From positions 10,914,001 to 10,978,000 of the forward strand of contig OZ076409.1 in NCBI GenBank assembly GCA_964187785.1: 64,000 bases of DNA. Reading direction: 5' to 3'. The position numbers were made by a program, and so were the translations under genes. The notes under the pieces were generated by a model. That model did no database searches. It saw nothing but the letters and a program-made list of their open reading frames with translations, and had not been told where the DNA came from. The first letter of the stretch is position 1. Each line of letters starts with the position of its first letter. The stretch comes from Amphiscolops sp. MND2022. Taxonomy: Eukaryota. Below are positions 59,701 to 64,000 of this stretch, one piece after another.

Positions 59701-62064
59701 GGTCCTGTCTTGATGCTCCAAAAGTGTCATCTACCTGCCATCATAGGACGTTTGGAGCTCGTTTGAAGCAATATGTAATTCGGTTTTCGTTTCCAGTATT
59801 TCTAGACGATGACGTCACAGACGAAATCAGAATCAACGTTGGCTCTGCTGTCAGTTCTTTCGTCTCTAACAACGCAGACGGGGGAGCGGACTTTGTTGTG
59901 CATGGAATTCACGTGTGGGACTTGGGCTCAGATATCTACGGGGCATTCGATCTCAACAATACCCTCGAACTGAATTTTCTGGCACTCATGGAGAATGGTG
60001 AAGGACCCATTCTGGGCTTCCAGGAAAACATGGCCGAAATAAATCTGGGAATATTTTCACATATTCGTTAGTCTCAGGATCTATTTTTAGTCGGCGCATT
60101 TTCCTTTAAGGAAAAAAGCCCGACTATTACAGTGGCTAGTTTTTTTTTTTTTTCGTCAGACCACAGAGCTCATCGCGTATGTACCACTTTTTACAGAAAC
60201 TGATAAGTTCACTCAGGCCAAGTTCCACCAATGCAAACTTACTGCAAAGGGTCCCCCCTTTCGTTTTTTACCTTTTTTACGTAACCTACAAAACCGGAAG
60301 ACTCCAAAGGGTCCCCCCTTTCAATTTTTTTTCGGCACTGTGCGAATTTTTTTTCGAAAATTTTTAATGTCTCAAAAGAGTCCCCCCTTCGGGTTTTTTG
60401 ATATTTTGCAACAGAAAGTATGTTACTGAATACCAAAGGGTCCCCCCTTTTCATTTTTCGGCACTATGCGACGTTTTCGAAGTTTTTTTCAAAAAAATTT
60501 AAAAAAATTTTCGAAAAAATTTTCAAATTTTTTTTTTGTTTCCAGTCGGGAAAAGTGATTTTCCAGTCATATCGAGCATGAAAGGCACACTTTGGGTGTC
60601 TCGAAAGTGTTTTCAAAGCTTTTCCTGAATACGTCCTGGGCATATTTAAAAAACTTTGCGCTTTTTGAGCTCTAGATATAGCGCCGACTTTAGACGTTCC
60701 CGTCTTGTTTGGACTATTCGTAGACTTTTAATAAATGTGAGTCCATTATCAAACAATGAATGACAAAAAATGAGGAAAATTGTTGAGCGATGGCTATCAT
60801 AAACTTTCCGTTATGTGCAACGAATAAATTACAAGGACCTTAATAAGTTACCAATATAGTTTGTAAACATAAGAAATTTTGTTTTGAAATTATTTGGCAA
60901 AATGTCAACATTTTGCGAAACATTCATTTATTTATTGCATTCAGTTTCTTTTAAAAATTCAGTCGATAACTTTTTGAAATCAAGCAATAATTTGGAATAA
61001 AATTAAGAAACTCGGGAAGAAAAGTGTCCCAAAACGTGAATAACTCAGTGTCAGTGCAGAAACTATAAGACATCAGATTCCCGAAACTCCTATTTCTGAT
61101 TGAAACCTCTCCTCTGTTCCAGCGAACAGTGCCAGGGCTTTGAAGAGTGTGAACAGTCGGCCAGACACGGAGACAAAACCCAACTCAATCTTGATCGCTG
61201 TCGACATAGAGCTACAGGACGAGCCTCGCATAGTGAAAGATAATGGCAACCTAACTTTCACAGTCACCGCCGAAGCTGTTCGACATTCAGTCGTGCATTC
61301 CTATTCGTTCATGCTGGTTCCGGAGTTCCAGCGATCGAGACTGCCTCTGCTCCAAATGATTCTCACTAGTTACTTTCTGGTGCCTCGGGAAGCCATTCCC
61401 GGGTTAGGCATTAACTTGGGACTTTCCACTTTTGAGTGAGACAGCTAAATTTCCAAAAAAAATTACAAACAAACTCCCCCTCCCGTACTCAAATGATACC
61501 CTAATGGTACCGACTTATTACACCCATACATTTGACTGAAATCTTATGAGGCAAGTTTGTAAAGTGCAGCCTTGCGTGTAAAAGTAGACGCGAGATATAA
61601 TTTCAACGATTATAGTTGCATCTCACTGAGGGGTTTGTAGTTATCCTGATTGAGAAAATATACAGATCTTGCAAGAATCTTGTAATAATTTTGCAAGGTA
61701 GCCAAGAAAAAAAAACAAATCTTGCAAGATTCTGGCAGAAAATGCAAATCTTGCAAGAATCTGACAGAACAGACAGTTACTTCTTGCAAAGATTCTTGAA
61801 AGATTTGCATGATCGGTTAAATGTCTTGCAAGATTTATATCAATATATATGGAATTTCATTTCACTGTTTCTTCATGTTTCAGTGATCAAGGAACGTACG
61901 GCGTGCAATTGTTCCATTTGTGCGAGTCCAGGTCAGAAGCCAGGGATCTGCGAGTGGTGATCCACATGCCAGACTACGCCAATTACGTGGAAGCCGACTG
62001 GATCAACAACAATGGACGAGCTGCCGTCAACACTATTTCCAGAGACGATTCTGTCGAGTTTGAG
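2416..62064 (+). CDS. Host gene (internal part, 19 exons, ~1147 aa): uncharacterised large protein with repeated beta-rich modules, probably extracellular; start and stop lie outside the traced region
   Basis: AG/GT-bounded exons 2416-2743, 3959-4128, 4609-4799, 7063-7243, 12085-12186, 16092-16241, 17342-17481, 18201-18316, 20865-21034, 22616-22912, 42662-42695, 43143-43348, 44791-45044, 48919-49030, 49555-49689, 50693-50816, 59797-60066, 61123-61402, 61884-62064. All 18 intron phases match, the total is 3441 nt with no stop, and exons are GC-richer than introns. Recurrent motifs: LDYGLL, LEFGDV, ANFGHVSN, INLGIFSH. Extra phase-0/0 exons could have been missed. Confidence 0.85.
2751..3488. 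mobile_element. Non-autonomous Tc1-related element: two ~370-bp TIRs joined
   Basis: Ends CTACTATGTGAACCA...TGGTTCATTTAGTAG; the halves are inverted copies and resemble the flanks of the transposase at 18.4-19.9 kb; a further fragment lies at 22250-22430. Confidence 0.65.
3959..4128 (+). CDS. Host exon (ADAYDTVV...EELTS)
   Basis: ttttag acceptor, gtcagt donor, phase 1-0. Confidence 0.8.
4609..4799 (+). CDS. Host exon (FPCSVDVK...VMKSR)
   Basis: cttcttag acceptor, gttagt donor, phase 0-2. Confidence 0.8.
4887..5333. mobile_element. MITE
   Basis: TIR GGTACTCCTGACTAAGTGT/ACACTTAGTAAGGAGTACC; near-TSD TAAGTTTC/TAAGTGTC. Confidence 0.75.
5357..5600 (-). mobile_element. Short repeat family carrying a tRNA-like segment (copies at 42931-43140 and 63087-63272)
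   Basis: Shared GCACC(A/G)GGATATTTTCCGC...GCGGAAAATAACA ends; minus-strand A-box/B-box segment GACTCAGTTGG...GGATTCGAAGCCC. Confidence 0.6.
5610..6290. mobile_element. Foldback-like MITE with inverted arrays of CATTTCACCCCA
   Basis: Arrays at 5620-5726 and 6115-6280 in opposite orientation; perfect 8-bp TSD AAAATTGT. Confidence 0.85.
7063..7243 (+). CDS. Host exon (YVEFMEE...ECPDL)
   Basis: tttctttcag acceptor, gttagt donor, phase 2-0. Confidence 0.8.
8074..8270. mobile_element. MITE (second copy at ~49722-49919)
   Basis: TIR GGATCTTTTCTGTTAA; 8-bp TSD ACTTTGCA. Confidence 0.85.
8745..9210. repeat. Foldback-like element with inverted GCGACAATTCGTCCCA arrays
   Basis: Arrays at 8754-8875 and 9110-9200 in opposite orientation. 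Confidence 0.7.
9326..10157. mobile_element. MITE with CCC...GGG ends
   Basis: TIR CCCAGGTTTTCGATCTTTG; ATT on both flanks; GCAGAT-rich subterminal repeats. Confidence 0.8.
10930..11610. mobile_element. MITE
   Basis: TIR CCGGGTTGACC/GGTCAACCCGG with CATA/TATGG-rich inverted subterminal repeats. Confidence 0.65.
12085..12186 (+). CDS. Host exon (VISSDVV...NAINE)
   Basis: cttatag acceptor, gtaata donor, phase 0-0. Confidence 0.7.
12279..12799 (-). mobile_element. HINE family A (Helentron-type non-autonomous element)
   Basis: Subterminal IR AGTCGGCG/CGCCGACT and terminal stem GCCG-TTCC-CGGC. Other copies at 1-193, 23298-23731 plus 41776-41872, 46629-47162, 47294-47872, ~48380-48890 and 60085-60709. 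Confidence 0.75.
12937..13215. repeat. Two adjacent spacer-less palindromes (~186 bp and ~80 bp)
   Basis: Centres GGAAATTTCC (~13030) and GTTAAC (~13175). Confidence 0.92.
13393..15414 (+). mobile_element. Solo LTR (2022 bp) of a related but diverged Gypsy family
   Basis: TGTCACAGTCCGCTCCCGGACTGG...CGTAACA ends as in the large element; perfect 5-bp TSD CCTGG (13388-13392 and 15415-15419); contains a gag N-terminus homologue (15027-15414). Confidence 0.92.
16092..16241 (+). CDS. Host exon (KCGYAEL...LKDVR)
   Basis: ctcctttag acceptor, gttagt donor, phase 0-0, open frame. Confidence 0.75.
17342..17481 (+). CDS. Host exon (LTVAIPQ...EKPNR)
   Basis: ttccag acceptor, gttagt donor, phase 0-2. 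Confidence 0.8.
18201..18316 (+). CDS. Host exon (HTTPYFD...QIVLT)
   Basis: tttcgttcag acceptor, ag|gtacc donor, phase 2-1. Confidence 0.8.
18665..19665 (+). pseudogene. Tc1/mariner transposase remnant, inside a Tc1 element with long TIRs (~18371-19950)
   Basis: SDE, FQQDNAPPH, VLDWPPNS and IEHVWG-like motifs across broken frames. Confidence 0.85.
19892..20700. repeat. Two adjacent long palindromes (~133 bp and ~645 bp)
   Basis: 19892-20024 and ~20056-20700 (loop ~20375-20381), arms nearly identical. Confidence 0.93.
20865..21034 (+). CDS. Host exon (EFYLYDD...YGGDF)
   Basis: ccag acceptor, gtaagt donor, phase 1-0. Confidence 0.8.
22616..22912 (+). CDS. Host exon (RMLDNPN...DLLGE)
   Basis: caacag acceptor, gtaaga donor, phase 0-0. 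Confidence 0.85.
23732..26118 (-). repeat. 3' LTR (2387 bp)
   Basis: Direct repeat of 39389-41775; abuts TSD GCAAT. Confidence 0.97.
26015..26746 (-). CDS. ORF3: acidic Ser/Glu-rich protein (~243 codons, one in-frame TAA at 26531-26533) ending inside U3 with a CxC-x8-HxC motif
   Basis: ORFs 26531-26746 and 26015-26530 are adjacent and in frame. The C-terminus SQSAPGLDCGCRRVGFGRGHGC matches SQSAPGLACSCRRIHFGRGHGC at the start of the diverged solo LTR. Confidence 0.65.
26959..27261. repeat. Tandem repeat, ~115-bp unit x2.6, rich in TGACGTCA
   Basis: Units start at 26959, 27073 and 27188. Confidence 0.9.
27296..33218 (+). CDS. Antisense, spliced cargo gene of the Gypsy element (7 exons, ~1100 aa, zinc-finger protein, possibly hAT-transposase-derived); two single-base frameshifts in this copy
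   Basis: Exons 27296-27422, 27556-27932, 28034-28294, 28409-28993, 29123-29743, 29862-29958, 31975-33218. GT-AG introns with matching phases 1,1,1,0,0,1 and lengths 101-133 bp (intron 6 is about 130 bp once a HINE is removed). C-x2-C-x16-H-x5-H at 28577-28657. Frameshifts near 27810 (C-run) and 28525. Confidence 0.8.
30045..31930 (+). mobile_element. Helentron-type non-autonomous element (HINE/DINE-1-like) inserted in intron 6 of the cargo gene
   Basis: Subterminal IRs GGCTTCGAGCGA (30054-30065) and TCGCTCGAAGCC (31892-31903); 5' hairpin GAGGCTTCG..CGAAGTCTC; 3' stem-loop GCGCAAA-TTCC-TTTGCGC; T-run flanks. Confidence 0.8.
33433..38348 (-). CDS. pol: Pol (protease-RT-RNase H-integrase), entered by -1 frameshift; first in-frame ATG at 37869
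   Basis: LVDSGA; LVDLRKIN and YVDD; TDAS; HG..KHPG..CEDC; D..SDKG..E; WTGPY. The -1 frame is open from the gag stop to 33433. Confidence 0.96.
38296..38355 (-). promoter_or_regulatory. -1 programmed ribosomal frameshift signal
   Basis: A_AAA_AAC heptamer (38349-38355) immediately before the gag TAA, followed by a GC-rich stem (TACGCC...GGCGTA); pol is in the -1 frame. Confidence 0.85.
38346..39785 (-). CDS. gag: Gag (~479 aa from the conserved MSTTRSQK start; the ORF track extends it to 39920)
   Basis: LPTFDGK capsid-type motif; zinc knuckles CFYCNKFGHYKAEC and CETCGKPHKTEDC; start codon inside the LTR. Confidence 0.93.
   Translation of the reverse strand: MSTTRSQKRRNDQQSTSENVSEGLISPIVVGNPCSLNQDDEVAGPSRPKSPRIENSLFESLRTSLKEEITSEIKNLLIESQKEMLKLLKPETRRITRENTEEEVEEETRGFYTPTKSVRISSTQNDPIACRNMVTGVLTDSTNQPKRTKARSQSQPPSKERPVAARTLFATDKNDSTTLPMPKALTASLPTFDGKSEKFELFEDLFRNNIKMYPHLTEIQKINYFHSLLRGDALQAFCNIEDTKKDSLDEIMTIFKRRFGDYLSMAKARCEWDALKFDPSNQKLHEFLDILQKTAKEAFGSEAQQFIDKAIYAKMPDHVKKILNRAYLEDKPYNDIVLHLEREMRLNGLGAPDEVTLVPLNKVEPAPAKTEPKQVDNTTQNVKKGYCFYCNKFGHYKAECRKMKRDKWMQTRKNNSQTNSSAGKPLKCETCGKPHKTEDCWYGDNSANDPRPKRHNNPESKKDVPVQQTKANAVTDSKN
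39376..39388 (-). promoter_or_regulatory. Primer-binding site, tRNA-Leu-like (TGGTGACAGGAGT)
   Basis: Begins TGG directly after the LTR-terminal CA; from memory, 12/13 match to the complement of the eukaryotic tRNA-Leu(CAG) 3' end (TGGTGTCAGGAGT). Confidence 0.75.
39389..41775 (-). repeat. 5' LTR (2387 bp)
   Basis: Direct repeat of 23732-26118 with about 7 substitutions by eye; TG...CA ends; PBS immediately adjacent. Confidence 0.97.
39930..39937 (-). promoter_or_regulatory. LTR TATA box (GGG-TATAAATA)
   Basis: About 145 bp upstream of the gag ATG; an equivalent GGTATATATA sits about 125 bp upstream of the homologous ATG in the solo LTR (~14900). Confidence 0.55.
42662..42695 (+). CDS. Host micro-exon (TPRGVWSLANL)
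   Basis: tgtttcag acceptor, gttagt donor, phase 0-1; supplies the phase change needed for the next exon. Confidence 0.6.
43143..43348 (+). CDS. Host exon (SFKNETK...GDINS)
   Basis: ttttttccag acceptor, gttaga donor, phase 1-0 (an alternative phase-0 acceptor exists at 43195). Confidence 0.7.
43363..43655. mobile_element. MITE with CAAGATCT internal repeats
   Basis: TIR CCAGCATTCGACATCTTGAATAT/ATATTCAAGATGTCAAACGCTGG. Confidence 0.75.
44791..45044 (+). CDS. Host exon (IPSTMEF...MEECE)
   Basis: ggcag acceptor, gtgagt donor, phase 0-2. Confidence 0.8.
48919..49030 (+). CDS. Host exon (FSYVEGT...NFGHVSN...EQHK)
   Basis: gctttcag acceptor, ag|gttatc donor, phase 2-0. Confidence 0.75.
49555..49689 (+). 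CDS. Host exon (MNFVAII...FIGVA)
   Basis: tttcag acceptor, gtaagt donor, phase 0-0. Confidence 0.8.
50693..50816 (+). CDS. Host exon (PLPDPVP...RYLVE)
   Basis: gcttcag acceptor, gttagt donor, phase 0-1. Confidence 0.75.
50932..51316. mobile_element. piggyBac-type MITE
   Basis: TTAA TSD on both sides; TIR CCTTAAGTTGGCCA/TGGCCAAGTTAAGG; the empty site is visible in the inverted paralogue at ~45826-45845. Confidence 0.85.
51641..59256 (+). mobile_element. Decayed Ty3/Gypsy element with ~200-bp LTRs and an internal duplication
   Basis: LTRs 51641-~51834 (3' end and PBS missing) and 59056-59256 (TGTTA...CAACA); PPT AGAGAGAAGAGGGAA at 59041-59055; TSD GTCCT/GTTCT. Confidence 0.92.
51882..58890 (+). 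pseudogene. Fragmented gag-pol of the second Gypsy
   Basis: IIDTGS protease; ALDSRKLN and AWLDDI RT; TDG RNase H; LHFGHSG..CTAC, QIDF, TDQG, VERAV integrase; many stops and frameshifts. Confidence 0.9.
59797..60066 (+). CDS. Host exon (FLDDDVT...IFSHI)
   Basis: tttccag acceptor, gttagt donor, phase 1-1. Confidence 0.8.
60085..60709 (+). mobile_element. HINE family A copy
   Basis: TTTTAGTCGGCG...GCGCCGACTTTAGACGTTCCCGTCTTGTT, same layout as 12279-12799 in the opposite orientation. Confidence 0.7.
61123..61402 (+). CDS. Host exon (NSARALK...REAIP)
   Basis: gttccag acceptor; gttagg donor (an alternative same-phase donor gtgaga is at 61436); phase 1-2. Confidence 0.75.
61884..62064 (+). CDS. 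Host exon (DQGTYGV...SVEFE)
   Basis: tgtttcag acceptor, ag|gtgaac donor, phase 2-0. Confidence 0.75.
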
Positions 62065-64000
62065 GTGAACTTCCTTCCTAGTGCAGATTTCTTAAAGTTT
62101 TTACATGCTGCATGGAGACATGCAGGCTAATCTTTTACTCCAGTCAGAAAACTTTCGAAGCTCTTGATAAGAATCGTGCAATTTTGTAAACCCTTTGGCA
62201 AGATACTTTTCAAGAGCGCCAAGAATATGTAAGATCTTGCAAGATCTTGCCAAGAAGTCATATGAAAAACTGACAAAAACTAACAAAAACTGACGCCAAC
62301 TGCGGTTTGATCAGCAAACCATTTATGTCACAGCTATCGGCGCTACCAACCAAGCTATCACGATCTGAAATTCAATACTTTGTGTTGTCATATAGCTAAA
62401 ATATCAAAGATTGATAGTGCAGCTGGTAGTGCGAACAATAGCCAAGTACTTGTGAACAAAATTGTTGTTTGTTTTACAACTTATTCATTTTCTTGACACT
62501 CTTGATACGACTCTTACCAAGATTCCTATCAAGAATATCTAGAGGTTTGTGTGAAGCAAGAATAAACAAGATCTGATGAAGGCTTTCAAGAGTAAATGGG
62601 AATATGTACGAATATGCGAGATCGTGGCAAAAATTTCAAGATATTTTGCACTGGGATGGTATGCGTCGAAAACAAAACCGGTCCTAAAGTAACTGTCGAA
62701 TAATAATTGAGTGCAAACTCGTCAAATAATTACAGATTACCCACAGGGATTAGTCAGTGCTAACTATGAAATAATTTTCCTTAATTGATGCGTGAAATTT
62801 TCAGGTTTGCGCAAAATTTCGCTTTTTTAGTTATGTAATTGCTTGCAATGTTTCATTTCTATAGTTTACAGTGTAATAATTCACTTTTAAAAAGTTTTGA
62901 TAATAGTACGATCACAAAGTTAACACTACATCCGCCAGAGAACTTTCGACGAGTTGCTTTTCGAAGAGTTGTTTCCGACGAGTTGTTTTCGACGAGCTGT
63001 TTTCGACGAGCTGTTTTCCACGAGTTTTCCTAGATTCATCCTTTACAAAACTCAGGGAAAATTCAGGGAGAAACACTTCGTAGGTTACAAGACGCCCGCT
63101 AAGCACCGGGATATTTTCCGCTAACAGAATAGTCAAGTAATTAAAATAGTCAAGTAATTCTAGTGTTACTGGTCAAGTAAGGTGAAACTGGGAGGAGATT
63201 TGGCTGAATTTGGAAAAAAAACGCAAAACAGATAATGATTTTCCTCCCCATTTATGTGGGCGGAAAATAACAATGCATCATCCACAGTCCAAGCAGTTTC
63301 AACGTTTCAACCAGGGTTTCATTGTCAGAATTCAAAAAAGTCCAAAGGAGACTCCATTTGAACCCATCGAGAGGTATCGATGGACCCATTGCAGTGTTTT
63401 CCGATGGCTATCTATTGGATTTCAATTATCGCCAAGCGCGTTATGACCCCCTGGGAAGCATTTTGGGTCTACTTTTTCTGACCTGAATCTGCTTATCTAG
63501 CGTGAATGAGCTTTTTCGGGCCTAAACGTTACTCATCTTAATGTTTTGTCTCCAATATTGTCCTTTTTTTGTTTACCTCTCTGCAAAATAGTCTGCAAAG
63601 TAGCTTCAAAATCGTGGAATACCCAAGAATAAAGTTCATCGTCAGGGTATGTAGATTGCCATGCTAGGAAGTTACAGAGTATATTCGAACTGATCAGCAA
63701 CGGCTAATTCATGTGTTCAGGTCCTGTCGCAGGCTGCCGCCTGTGACGGAACTAGAATTTCAACAACAGCTGTTGGCCAAGATGTGGCTCCTGGGACCCT
63801 ACCTATTTATTAAAAGTAAACTGAAACTTTTCTTTAAACTTTTTCATTGTTTATGTATCTTGTTGCCTTGTTATTTTAAAAACTACCCGAAAGGGCCGTA
63901 CTGGGACATATTCCCTATTACCGAACCAAAAATGTGCTTGTTATTTATTTACAGACAACCTTAGTTTTGAATGTTAATTGTATATTAGTCCGTTAACATA

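Noticed and set aside
62940..63030. TTTCGACGAGTTG tandem repeat
   Set aside because: Short degenerate minisatellite with no further structure I can support.

Overview
AT-rich, transposon-dense eukaryotic (most likely animal) genomic DNA; nothing prokaryotic. The whole window lies inside one large + strand host gene. I traced 19 internal exons by hand (2416-62064). All intron phases match, giving about 1147 aa of an uncharacterised repeat-domain, probably extracellular, protein. The introns are packed with elements: Helentron-type non-autonomous elements (HINE/DINE-1-like), many MITEs, a decayed Tc1, long spacer-less palindromes, a decayed and internally duplicated Gypsy (51641-59256), and a solo LTR (13393-15414). 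The main object of interest is a young 18-kb Ty3/Gypsy element on the minus strand (23732-41775, TSD GCAAT) with an unusual design. (i) Its 2387-bp LTRs are protein-coding at both ends: gag starts about 132 codons inside the LTR, and a third ORF ends inside U3 in a CxC...HxC motif. Both peptides are conserved in the diverged solo LTR. (ii) Gag and pol are joined by a -1 frameshift. (iii) There is no recognisable polypurine tract. (iv) It carries a 7-exon, intron-containing antisense cargo gene (about 1100 aa, C2H2/BED-like zinc finger, possibly derived from a hAT transposase), transcribed divergently from ORF3. All calls are by-eye; no database searches were run.
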